Position numbers and translations under genes: made by a program | Assembly (NCBI RefSeq): GCF_011386835.1 | Contig: NC_088803.1 | Coordinates: 12,152,001 to 12,216,000 of the forward strand | Length of the DNA: 64,000 nt | DNA from: Chrysemys picta bellii | Lineage: Eukaryota | Direction: 5' to 3' | The notes under the pieces: generated by a model | Told to the model about the DNA's origin: nothing | The model's database searches: none | The model's input: only the letters and a program-made list of their open reading frames with translations | Shown here: piece by piece, positions 46,831 through 58,400 of the stretch | Numbering within the stretch: position 1 is the stretch's first letter | How the letters are laid out: every line of letters begins with the position of its first letter

Positions 46831-47584
46831 AGACAAACTGCTACCCTCCGAGGAAATGGCCTTCCTTACTACATGCATGTGATGAGGTCATTGGTCACCT
46901 CCAATTATGGTGCTACAGTCCAAGAAGAGACTTACAAGAAACCTATTGCACATTTTCCCACCCAATTGCTATTTAGGAGACTCTTAAAAAAAAACACAGA
47001 GTGGGGTCCCTCACCCATGTCTTCAGGGTGGAGAGAGAAAGGGAGGGTGTGACAGCTGGTCATGTACTCAGTGTAAGATATCAGATAATGCTTGGGATTT
47101 TCCTGACATGCTGCTGACTTTCAAATGGACTTCTGCTCTTAAATCATGTAGACACTTGTGAAAAGCTCACATATTGTATTCTCTGTTTCACCCTGGGAAG
47201 GATGAGAGAGGACATTCAGGCTGAAAGTTTTCAAGGGGCCTAAGTGAGTTAGGCCTTGCATTCCCAATGCCTTTTGATGGCATTTCAGTGTCTACCTCAC
47301 TTAGGCACATTTCAAACACCCAGCCTCAGGTCCCAGACTTCTATGGAGACATAAATGTCTACACAAATCTTAGTGACCTCACCCTTTTCATTATCTATGC
47401 TCTAATATGCCTATCAATGTGGCATCTGGGAGTGTCACATACGTTCATGGACTTATTCTCCCTGCATCCAAGTGTGGTAGGGGACTATTATTATGCACCG
47501 GGGAAACTGAGGCATGGGGGGATTAAACAGCATCTCAAAGTCACATAGTGAATGTGTGAGAGAGCCAAGTAGAGTCTCAGACTT

Positions 47585-48130
47585 GCAGACGTTAAGGCCA
47601 GAAGGGATCATAATGATCATCTAGTCCAGTGGTTCTCAATCTTTTGTACTGGTGACCCCTTTTCACATAGCTGCAGAGGAAGGTGGGGGAGAAAAACCAA
47701 AAAAAACCCAAAATTAAACCAGGGTCTCTGCCAATCTGAACTGGGGGGAAATTCCTTCTGAACCCTAAATATTGTGGTCAATTAGACCCTGAGCATGTGG
47801 GCAAGACCCACCAGTCAGACACCTGGGTAAGAATTCTCTGTAGTAATTCACAGACTATGACAGAAAAAATAGGTTATCTTCTCAAAGAAAGAGATTGGGT
47901 TAGTCTGACATGACCTACCTTTAGTAAAACCATAATGTATTTGATCCCATTTACAGTTTACCTCTATGACTTTAATTAGCCTCTCTTTCAATATTTGTTC
48001 TAAGAGCTTGCAAACAATTGAGAAATTGAGATCAAACTAACAGGCCTGTAGATCCTGAATTATTTCCCCCCCCCACACCCTTTTTTATATAGTTTCTATA
48101 TTTGCAGTTCTCCAGTCATAGGGTAAAATG
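47585..48130 (-). mobile_element. Old CR1 fragments with a short hAT piece (about 47627-47665)
   Basis: It has the AAGGCCAGAAGGGATCATAATGATCATCTAGT tail, CAGTGGTTCTCAA, and reverse-strand RT-like sequence to about 48130. Confidence 0.55.
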
Positions 48131-48615
48131 CCTGAGTATCTCAAGTTTCACTATCTTGATTTAAGCTCAGAACCATCCACCCTTCTGTGACGAACTGGGA
48201 CTGTTCTTACTGTGGTCTGTGAATGCTGACAGGGGAGTGTGGCTAGGATAGTCTGCATTGGGGGATGGGAGACTGACCGATGGAGAATACCTGAGCATGT
48301 AACATGAGAACCCAGGAAGGGGTTAGAGGCCAGGTGACACCTTTGCCCAGGAAACTGAACAAAGGCTGAAGGGAGAGTTTCAGGAGCTGGCTGGGAGGCA
48401 GACGGGGCTCTGACCTCACAAGGGGCTGGGGTGCCCTGAGGCCCCAAGATGGACCCAACTGAGGGGGGTCCTGTTGTCTGTGCCTGCAAGACCTGTCTTG
48501 GGCTGTATTCCTGTCGTCTAAATAAATCTTCTGCTTTACTGGCTGGCTGAGAGTCATGGTAAATCGCAGGAAGCCGGGGGTGCAGGGCCCTGAGACCACC
48601 ACACTCCGCGACAAC

Positions 48616-48633
48616 TGGTGGCAGTGGTGGGAT
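48616..48633 (+). promoter_or_regulatory. Primer-binding site, probably tRNA-Leu
   Basis: TGGTGGCAGTGGTGGGAT is a 17/18 complement of the vertebrate tRNA-Leu 3' end ATCCCACCGCTGCCACCA (recalled, not searched). Confidence 0.7.
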
Positions 48634-48944
48634 CTACTGCACCCCGGGGATGGCGCTTCCTGCAGTAAGTGACTGGGGAGCAGCAAAACGAAGGGGGATC
48701 GACGGGGACCAGGTGGGCTGAAGAATCAGAGAGAGACGGTTTCAGGGGGCGATTAACCCCTGGGAGTGTGTGACCAGTGAGAAGGACTTTTGCAGTAACA
48801 GGGTCCCCTGGGGGATCGCAGCGAGCGGTCCCGGGGCGGAGGAGTCTGCAGCTCGACCCTGGCAGAGAGGCGGTGACCTGAAGAAGGGCTGGCACACTAG
48901 GGGTCCCCCTGGAATGGCGGAAAGCGGAGAGCACAGGCCGGCGA

Positions 48945-50250
48945 GTGGCCAGCCGGAGGATGTATGCTAAACGCCTCAAGAGTGACCTGGTGGAGCTGTG
49001 CAGGCAGAGGGGGCTGCGCATTGGGAGGTCCACCAAAGAACAGCTAATTGCCCAGCTGGAGGAGAGGGATCGCTTGGATGAACCGAGCCCTGTCCCTGAG
49101 AGAAGCCGCACTGTGGATGCAGCGTGGGCCCCGGGGCCTGACATGGCTGGGAGGGGTCAGACTGCTGCCGAGGACATCCCGAGACCCTGCCTACCTATAC
49201 TTAGGGGAGGGGTTGGGGGAAGCCCAGCGAATACCGAGGGCACCCTGACCCCGGCGGCCAGCAGGGGATCGTCCCGGTGGAGCTCCCCATCCCGGGAGCC
49301 GATGCGACTGGAATATGACAGGGAGCTGAGACTGAAAGAGCTTGAGTTAAGGCAGCAAGAACTGAAGCAGGAGCGGGAAGAGAAGGAGAAACAACGTCAG
49401 CATGAGCAGGACCAATGTCAGCATGAGCGGGAAGAACGGGAAATACAGCGTCAGCATGAGGAGAACCAACGTCAGCATGAGCTGGAATTGGCCAGGCTGA
49501 GGAGCAGTGGGGCCCCGGCTGCGGTGAGTGAGGGGGGACCCAAGACTGCAAAGAGCTTTGATAAGTGCTTTCTGGCCCAGCGTAAGGAGGGGGAGGACAT
49601 GGATACCTTCCTGACGGCCTTTGAGAATACCTGCAAGCTGCTCCAGGTTGACCCTGCAGACAGGCTCCAGTTTTTCATCCCCTCACTGGACCCCACAGCC
49701 AGGGAGGTGTACAGCCGACTGAAAGGGGCGGAGGGGGACTACGAACTGTTCAAAAAGGCCCTGCTCCGCGAGTTTGGGTTGACCCCTGAGATGTACCAGC
49801 AAAGGTTCCAGAGTCAGCGTAAAACCTGTGAGGTCACATACTTACAACTAGCCAACCGGGCGCAGGGGTATGCCCGCAAGTGGATGGCTGGGGCCCAAAC
49901 TATAGAGGACCTGCTTGACCTAGTCATACTGGAGCACGTGTATGAGCAGTGCCCATCCAACCTGAGGTGATGGTTGATGGACCAAAAGCCAGAGAACCCG
50001 CAGCATGCAGGTCAGATGGCCAACGAGTTTGTGAACAGTCGGGCAGGGGATAACCGGGAGGAGTCCCAAAGGAACAGTCCTGCCACAACGCAAAGAGAGA
50101 ATCATCATGGGACCTCCCAGCGAGGAAATAGGGAGAACCCCCACCAAAGGGGAACATCCAGCGTCAGGTCCATCCGACGCACTCGAGGGGTCCATGGGAC
50201 ATGGGCTGCTATCGCTGTGGCCAGAGAGATCACATACGGGCCCAGTGCCC
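48945..50250 (+). pseudogene. Disrupted gag: N-terminal HeH/SAP-like motif, coiled coil, SCAN-related capsid and CCHC knuckle
   Basis: Remnants are LKSDLVELCRQRGLRIGRSTKEQLIAQL, FGLTPEMYQQRF...KW...LDLVILEHVYEQCPSNLR*W (in-frame TGA at 49968-49970) and a frameshifted CYRCGQRDHIRAQC at about 50206-50247. Confidence 0.85.
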
Positions 50251-50429
50251 CAGGCTCAGGGACAGACTGAGCAGACCAAACCCATAGAGGGTTGACTGGG
50301 TAGACACCCAGCCGGGCAAGAGGCAGCATTCCCAGGGAAGGGGTGCTGGCAGAGTAACACCTGCTAAGGAGGGAGGAGAGCTCCAAGCCAGCTCCTCTGG
50401 GGGGCTGGATGCTCCAGACTCAGGGTTTT

Positions 50430-51340
50430 TGGTTTATACGGTGGGAGCGGGGCTGTCCCTCCGGAGAGAGTACCTTGTTCCCCTGAAGGTGGATGGGAGG
50501 AAGATCAATGGATACTGGGATACGGGCGCAGGTGGTGCCCAATACCTACCTGACCCTGACGGGGGTGGGCGGGACACCAGTCAAAGTGCCCGTGGCGAGG
50601 GTACACCTGAAGTGGGGGGCCAAGGAGGGCCCCAAGGATGTGGGGGTACACCCGTATTTGCCCACTGAGGTGTTGATGGGGGGGGACCTGGAGGACTGGT
50701 CAAGCAACCCCCACGGTGCACTGGTTGTGACCCGCAGTCAGAGCCAGCGAGGGGCACGGCGCCCTGACCTTGGGGAGGGTGCCTTGCCCGAGGTGCAGGA
50801 CCCTAACCTGGTGGGGAGGGAACATGCAGGGACATGGCTCAGGGAGGCTGCGGCTTCAGACCCGGCCGGCGAGAGAGAGCAGGTGGCCATCCCTGTCCCA
50901 GCTGCTGAGTTCCAGGCTGAGTTGCAGAAAGATCCCTCCTTGTGGAAGATAAAGGACCTGGCCGACCTCAGTGCGGTACAGACCGTGGGGAGAGGTGGCC
51001 GGAAAAGGTTCCTGTGGGAGAAAGGGTTCCTGTACCGAGAATGGGCTCCCCCAGGGAAAATGGAGTCAGGGGGGATCAGGAGGCAGCTGGTGGTACCCCA
51101 GAAGTATCGCCACCAGCTGCTGTACTGGGCCCATGACATTCCCCTCTCAGGGCACCAGGGAACCTGGCGTACCCAGCAGAGGCTGCTACGGACCTTTTAC
51201 TGGCCTGGGGTCTTTGTTACTGTCCGACAGTACTGCCGATCCCGTGACCCCTGTCAGAGGGGGAGGAAGGCCCGGGACAAGGGGAAAACGGCTTTAGGAC
51301 CCTTACCCAGCATAGAGGAGCCTTTCATGAGGGTGGACAA
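50430..51340 (+). pseudogene. Disrupted pol: protease plus integrase N-terminus only
   Basis: VDGRKINGYWDTGA is followed by a frame break, then AHDIPLSGHQG...FYWPG...YCRSRDPCQR (H2C2-type, one Cys lost) and LGPLPSIEEPFMRV. The sequence stops before the DDE core, and no RT or RNase H is present. Confidence 0.85.
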
Positions 51341-52409
51341 GGTTAAAAGGGGGGCTATGAACCAAGAGGCCCCAAATCACAGACCTCCAGACTGGAACAC
51401 TGGGAGAAGACCCCAGCCCAGTTGGAACCCCAGGGGTATTGGGGTGGGAAAAGGGCACAGGCTGCAGAAACCTTCCCACATGCGAACTACGAGTGCCACC
51501 GAGCAACCCCGACCTAAGGGGGGGGGTGAACCTGGAGGGGCCTGGTGTAATTCTCACCAAGGAATGGGAGGGATGCGGGGGCATCCACGGGAATGGGGGT
51601 AGATTCGAACTTCCCCAGGTCACTGGCTAAAGTGACCCTGCTCAGTTCGGTCTCGAAGGGGGGAGAGATGTGATGAACTGGGACTGTTCTTACTGTGGTC
51701 TGTGAATGCTGACAGGGGAGTGTGGCTAGGATAGTCTGCATTGGGGGATGGGAGACTGACCGACAGAGAATACCTGAGCATGTAACATGAGAACCCAGGA
51801 AGGGGTTAGAGGCCAGGTGACACCTTTGCCCAGGAAACTGAACAAAGGCTGAAGGGAGAGTTTCAGGAGCTGGCTGGGAGGCAGACAGGGCTCTGACCTC
51901 GCAAGGGGCTGGGGTGCCCTGAGATCCCAAGATGGACCCAACTGAGGAGGGGTCCTGTTGTCTGTGCCTGTAAGACCCGTCTTGGGCTGTATTTCTGTCA
52001 TCTAAATAAACCTTCTGCTTTACTGGCTGGCTGAGAGTCATGGTGAATCGCAGGAAGCCGGGGGTGCAGGGCCCTGAGACCCCCACACTCCGCGACACCT
52101 TCATTTTGCACTCTGATTTTATCTGAATTCACAGTATGGTGGTGTGTGGGCATGGAGGGCATCTAGCTGGTTTCCTATCTGCTTTTAACAACTGCCTTTA
52201 CCAAGGTGGGTCTTTCTATCTGCATCCAGTGGGGAAAAGTTGTAAGCTGCCTTCTCGGCTCTGTCATGTCTCTTACCTCCAGACTGGCCAAGTGCAGTAT
52301 ATTTTTGGGTGCTAAGAGCCCCTCGGTGCCAACTGGCAGAGGACCCACTGTACAGTGACTCAAATTACACCTGACATCTCACTACACCTAACACTTTGCT
52401 GTCATTATT

Positions 52410-52805
52410 ACCCCTTCACATAACACAAGACCCAGGATCACCCAATGAAAGTCGTAGGCAGCCAGTTTAAAACAAACATAAGGAAGTAGTTCCTTGCACA
52501 ATGCAGTGAACCTGTGGAACTCATAGCCAGGGCATGTTGTGAAGGCCAAAAATATAACTGGGATTAGATAAGTTGATGGAGGATAGGTCCATCAATGGCT
52601 ATTAGCCAGGGTGGTCCAGAACACAACCCGATGCTCTTTCTGTCCCTAGCCTCCAACTGCCAGAAACTGGGATGGATCACTAGATAATTACCCTGTTCTA
52701 TTCATTCCCTCTGAAGCCTCTGGCACCAGCCACTGTTGGAAAACAGAATACTGGGCTAGATGGACCGTTGTTCTCACCCGCTATGGCTGTTTTTATGTTC
52801 TTATG
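52410..52805 (+). mobile_element. CR1 3' end
   Basis: It contains AACCTGTGGAACTC, GGAGGATAGGTCCATCAATGGCTATTAGCCAG and a TTTATGTTCTTATG tail. Confidence 0.85.
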
Positions 52806-53540
52806 TCCTAGTATTTATCTATAAGGAATGTCATGTGAAATAACAAATGAAAGCTAGTGACACACTGGCCATTGATATCATTGCATGATGGATGGATGGA
52901 TGGCGCGTAAAGAATAATGAATGTGTGCTGGGAATATGTTCCTAAAACGTGTTTTGGAGGCAGAGTTGGTAAACATGTTTGTCCTGGACAAAGGAATGTT
53001 GATTTGCCTGCGTCTGAAATGTAAATCAAGCAGGATGAGCCAGAGACAATGAGCATTTCATTTGTAAACCCCAGTTATCAGGAAGTTGAGGAAACAGCAT
53101 GGCACCAGAGGACACACCAGAGTCAGAACCCAGGGGTCATCCTAACTCTTGAGACAAAGACAATGAACTTTGGTGAATATAAGGAGAAACAAAAGGGCAT
53201 CTTGTTATCCGTCACTGAGGGGGAGAAGGGGGAAAAAAAAAGTCAGCAGTCTTTGTGTTTAAGGAAAAGCGGATCTTCAACCATGTGGGTCGGTGATGCT
53301 ACGAAGTAGCTGTAGGTGAGAAAAATGTCTTTGCAAAGCATTATAACCTGCTGAGTTACATTTTAGTCATGAGAAGATTATAATAATTTTTTGTATTATT
53401 TGTAACCATTTTCTGGGCCTCTGATCTCAGTATTCCTGAAATCTGTTCTTTGTTAATACACTTAATCTGGTTTTATTATACATTCATCTCAGTGCTATTC
53501 TACTGAAGTGAGGTGGGCATTGTTGAAATTCCCTCTGGCC

Positions 53541-53793
53541 CATAGGTGCCAACTTCCTCTCTACCCAAGGAAAGCTCAATCTCCCTCTCCACCCCAGGCC
53601 CTGCCCCCACTCCACCACTTTCCCCAAACCCCACCCCCTCCCCGCCTCTTCCCTGCCACTTTCTGCCCCCTCTCCCGAGCATGCCCCATCCCCGCTCCTC
53701 CCCCTACCTCCCAGAGTGAGGGGGGGAGCTTGGCTGCTGGTGTTTTTCCATGGGTGCACCAGCCCTGGAGCCCCCACAAAATTGACGCCTATG
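53541..53793. mobile_element. hAT-type MITE
   Basis: The TIR is CATAGGTGCCAAC / TTGACGCCTATG. No TSD is evident. Confidence 0.6.
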
Positions 53794-53954
53794 TTCCGAG
53801 CCCTCCTTCAACTCAACTTCCCAAGAACTCAGTTCGATTCTTGCCATTGTCACTCAGGTATTTTTATTTGGCATAGACTCAAACACGGGGTGGATGCTGG
53901 GTACATCACAGCACCAAAGTTACATAGAAACACTTTTCCTTTATATACATTACA

Positions 53955-54105
53955 CATGAACGGCAATACTAGGTCAGACCAAAGGTCCATCTAGCCCAGT
54001 ATCCTGTCTTCCAACAGTGGCCAATGCCAAGTGCCCCAGAGGGAATGAACAGAACAGGTAATCATCAAGTGATCCATGCCCTGTCACCCATTTCCAGCTT
54101 CTGGT
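53955..54105 (-). mobile_element. CR1 3' fragment
   Basis: It contains GGTCAGACCAAAGGTCCATCTAGCCCAGTATCCTGTC. Confidence 0.8.
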
Positions 54106-54643
54106 AAATCTCATTGCATTTATTTTAAATGACAAGACCACAAGAACCAGTTCAGTAGTGAAGGCATCCAGCCAGGTTTATTGCCAATGAAGCTTGGTCC
54201 TCGCTCCCTGGATCAAGGTCATAAATAGCCACATCCTGCAATCCAGGGATGATTTAGACACAGTCGGATTGTTGGGTGGATGGCAAACCATTGGCCAAAT
54301 CCAGATCCCTTTGAAGTGTATGGCTAAATCCCAATTGTTATGGTTATTACAGAGCTAGCTGCACCTCTCCCTCTTCCCTAGTATCTCTAAGTGAACCCAG
54401 TAGGTCTCCACCTCATCTGCCCCTTCCTTAGGGTGGAATCATGTGATTCTCCCCTTCTTAAATGGGTCCCAGCCTGCAGCACCCAGTGCACCAACCATGA
54501 TTTCTCACCTCTTCTGACTGTGTTCAGTACCTGCAATTCTTCCCCTCCTTGAGTGAGCAGACAGCCTTCTCTAAGCAAACTGTGATTTACTTACCAGAGT
54601 AAGAACAAGGCATAACATAAGAGAAAATATTAGATAGCAACTC

Positions 54644-55350
54644 TGTAGAAGTCTGGACTCACCCCTGCGGCACCTCCTGCTGGTCCCTTCTGGGAATTAG
54701 CTCTTCCAGCCTCTGGAGCGCCCTCTGCAAGCCGGTGATCTGCCTTGTCCTCTTCTCTGGCCTCCGTGTTCCTCCCAGGACCCTGGTGCCCCTTGCCCTG
54801 GGAGCTGCCCCCTGGCAATACCAACACACACGCTAGGTCTCCCCTCCCAGGGGAACCCCCACCCACTATCCCCACCTTACCTCGGATAAGGCCACTGCCA
54901 GGCCCCATCTAGCTCCCACTCTCTGGGGAAGACTGCAGTATAGGCCACTCATCATCGGCAAGGTTGGGTTTGGATCTGCTGCCTTGGCCTAGTCCTGGGC
55001 TGCCCTCTGCAATCCCCAGTACCCCTTAGCCTTCTCCTAGGCCACAGCCCGGGGCTATCCAGGCTGGAGCTATCCAGGCTGGAGCTCCCCAGCCTTTCCC
55101 CAGCCCTGCTCCACCCAGGGACTCTGTGTCTAGCTCCCTGCAGCCAGGCCCTTCTCTCTCTGAAGGCAGAGAGAGACTCCTGAGATCCTGGCTCCCAGCC
55201 TCTTATATAGGGCCAGCTGGGGCCTGATTGGGGCATGGCCCAGCTGTGGCTACTTCCCCAATCAGCCCAGTAGCTTTTCCCTTTGCCCCAGCCCTCTGCC
55301 AGTGCTGTTTTAAAGTCCTCAGGCAGGAACGGGGTACCCACCCCGCTACA
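54644..55350 (-). mobile_element. Complete solo LTR (707 bp)
   Basis: The termini are TGTAG...CTACA with a perfect 5-bp TSD AACTC/AACTC. A minus-strand TATATAA lies at about 55204-55210. Confidence 0.9.
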
Positions 55351-56054
55351 AACTCCCTTTCCATCACACTGAAAACTTTAATGGGATCAACATTTGGCCT
55401 CATTATCCAGGGTCAACTTCAGAAAAAATGTAAAACCTTTCTCTTCAAAACTGCCTTTCCACTATAATGAGAATGATGCAACATTGATTTATTTAGGTTA
55501 AAATAATGAAAAAATATGCTTATGTAAGACTCTATGTGCCCTAACGCATCATTGATAACAGAATAAATCCCAGAAACATGAAAATAGTCATTTCAGTAGG
55601 AACTCAAACATCCAGACATCTACAGAGACTCCTTTCTACCCCTTAAGCATTGTGGGAGGAAAACCTTCAACTCAGAAAACCTCATCAATGAGACGATGAC
55701 ATTGAAACCCTAATAAATGGGGGAGGGGGGGAATGACGCCCCCGTCTAAGCAAATTCCCCCTTCCAAACTCCCAACCACAAATAATACTTGGAAAAAAGG
55801 AACAAATTAACCAACCGACAAATAAACAAAACATAACTTATGAGTATAACTTTTCCTGGGCATGGCAGCTGTCTGGTAAACTATGCAACAGGCTGGCCTA
55901 GAGAAAGAACAGAACTCTGCCACGGTTTTCACACTCAATACAATAGAGAGGTCACAGTCGGATATTATTGTATCCCCATTCTGTCACACAAACAAACAAA
56001 ACCTCTAAGACCCCAAGCGTATTTTCCAACAAAATAAAAGAAAAGCCAGAGACT

Positions 56055-56440
56055 CCATGAACATAATTCTGGAATGTATTAGCAGGAGTGTTGTGAGCAA
56101 GACACAAGAAGTAATTCTTCCGCTCTACTCTGCGCTGATTAGGCCTCAATTGGAGTATTGTGTCCAGTTCTTGGCGCCACATTTCAGGAAAGCTGTAGAC
56201 AAATTGGAGAAAGTCCAGAGAAGAGCAAATAAAATAAAATAATAATAATAATAATAATAATTATTATTATTATTATTAGAGGTCTAGAAAACATGACCTA
56301 TGAGGGAAGAATGAAACATGATAACAGTTTTCAAGTTTTTAAAAGTTGTTACAAGGAAGAGGGAGAAGAATTGTTCTTCTTAACCTCTGAGAATAGGACA
56401 GGAAGCTATGGGCTTAAATTGCAGCAAGGGAGGTTTAGGT
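56055..56440 (+). mobile_element. CR1 RT C-terminal fragment with an internal (AAT)n(ATT)n tract
   Basis: Remnants are LYSALIRPQLEYCVQF and LKLQQGRFRL. Confidence 0.85.
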
Positions 56441-56680
56441 TGCTACATCAAATAACAGTATTTTACAACAGCAGTTTCTTACAATCTATACGTAACGGTA
56501 ACTGCTACATATACCACATTTCTACACGTAGCAGTTTCACACACACAATATAGTGCAAGAAATTGCTACCTGTAGGCATTTGCTACATCAGGTAGCAGTT
56601 TTATACCATAGCAGTTTCTTACAATCTATTACCTATCAGTAACTGCTTCCAGTAGTACATTGCTACCGGGAGCAGTTTAA
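56441..56680. repeat. Diverged 140-bp tandem repeat built from GTAGCAGTT / AACTGCTAC motifs
   Basis: TGCTACATCA occurs at 56441 and 56581, and AGCAGTTTCTTACAATCTAT is identical at 56470 and 56610. Confidence 0.7.
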
Positions 56681-56684
56681 TACA

Positions 56685-56800
56685 TTGAACCCGACAATCT
56701 CGCCAGCTGTCTATCCACCTTATGTCCATTCATCCAATCCATACTTTTTTAACTTGCTGGCAAGACAACTGTGTAAGACCATATCAAAAGCAGCTGAAAG
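56685..56800 (-). mobile_element. CR1 RT fragment
   Basis: The minus strand reads AFDMVLHSCLASKLKKYGLDEWT. Confidence 0.7.
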
Positions 56801-57909
56801 AAGGGCCAATTGGATGACTGTCATTGTACCACTCGAAGATTACTCCAGACTTCAGTAGTTATCAATTTTTACTAACTTGTCGCGGATGTATGTAAATGCT
56901 GGAGACAAAAATAAAGTGCAGTTTTAAGTGAAAGTACTCTTGTATTGTACTGTTCGTGCCAGTCACCTATCAGTACAATGGCCATGTCTCCATTAACTTA
57001 TTTCCTGCCACCACCTCGCCAAGAGTAATAGTTATCAAGAGCTTTGGGTGAGTATCCCTTGAGCAAAGAATTACAAGGGATGTTCTCTGTCTCCCCCCAA
57101 ATCAGGTCCTGCAGCAACGGTAGGCAAAGGAACACTGGTCTTCCCCCAGTTTATGAATTGTACTGGGGCACAGATGTCTTCACTCCTGGTGTGGGGCTGC
57201 ATGCACCGAAGCGGAAAGGTAAACATAGATATCTGTGGACCTCCAACTGCAGAAATGTAGGTGCTGAATGAGTTTAGGTACCTACACGGTATGGGGGCAC
57301 CTGACTGGGGGCGTTTCTTTGAGTCCCAGTTGGGCCCGATTCTGGCATTTATGTGCCTAAAATGGCAGTTAGGTGCCTAAATCCCTTTGTAAATCAGGCA
57401 CCTACTGAGATTTTCAAAAGTTCCTTAGCAGGTTAGGTGCCTAACTTCCATTCAGATCAGGTGCTTGACCCTGTTTACATTCTTTTGAAAATCCCACTAG
57501 GCACCCATCTGCATCTTTAGGTTCCTAAATACCTTTGATAATGTGGCTCTTAGGGCCAGATTTCAGAAGGTATTTAGGTGACTGGTGGGATCTTCAAAGG
57601 CATCTGGGTGCTAAAATCCATTCAAATCAATGGCTATATGCCTAACTGCTTTTGAAAATCCCACCACTCACCTAAATATCTTTCAAAATCTAGTCCTTAG
57701 TTTATTAGAATAAGAGACATTAATGCAATGAGCCAGATTCTCAGAAGATAAATAGGGCACATTCACTTCAGGGGAGATAAACCAATTTATGCTAGCTGGA
57801 GATCTGACCTATAGCCTCCAATGGATCAACACTCCTATACATAGGCTTGTCAAATTTGTTAAATAATTTTGACAGATAATGTCAATATAATATATAAAAA
57901 AAAACCTAG

Positions 57910-58125
57910 ATCAATTCATGGAGGATAGGTCCATCAATGGCTATTAGCCAGGATGGGCAGAGATGATGTCCTTAGCAACAGGGAATGAATCACTTGATGA
58001 TTACCTGTTCTGTTATTTCCCTCTGAAGCACCTGGCATTGGCCATTGTCAGAAGACCGGATGCTGGGTTAGATAGACCATTGGTCTGACCCAGTATGGCT
58101 GTTCCTATGTTCTTATGTTGTAATA
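57910..58125 (+). mobile_element. CR1 3' end
   Basis: It contains GGAGGATAGGTCCATCAATGGCTATTAGCCAGG and a (TTCTTATG) tail. Confidence 0.85.
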
Positions 58126-58400
58126 TTTATTTTAAAGATATATATACTTTCACAGTTGCATGAAACTATGTGGTGGAGGATCAAACAACTACTTAATGAG
58201 AGCAGACACTGAAATTCAAAAAATGAAAGATTTATAGACTGTTAGAATATCAGTTGTCAACCTCATGTCAAAATACACAAAGTGAATAGCCTTAAGTCAA
58301 CAAATCCTACCTGATTTTACTATTTTTATTTTTGCTCCTCTAGTGTAACAAGCCTAATTCAAAAGTCCAAATCATTGGATTTCGACTCAAATAAGCTCTC

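Larger units (their letters stand above)
48186..52097 (+). mobile_element. Gmr1-like Gypsy LTR retrotransposon, internally deleted (3912 bp)
   Basis: The LTRs are 48186-48613 and 51669-52097 (TG...CA) and differ by about 14 substitutions plus 1 indel on a manual count. The TSD is CCTTC/CCTTC, the PBS is at 48616-48633 and the PPT at 51655-51668. The domain order is gag, CCHC, protease (WDTGA), then integrase Zn finger directly after the protease. Confidence 0.95.

Noticed and set aside
48945-49970. 341-aa ORF as a domesticated SCAN/ZSCAN gene
   Set aside because: It lies between paired LTRs with PBS, PPT and TSD. It ends at a premature stop, and no C2H2 fingers follow.
56441-56680. CRISPR-like repeat-spacer array
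   Set aside because: The context is eukaryotic, the motifs are short and alternate in orientation, spacer lengths are irregular and there are no cas genes.
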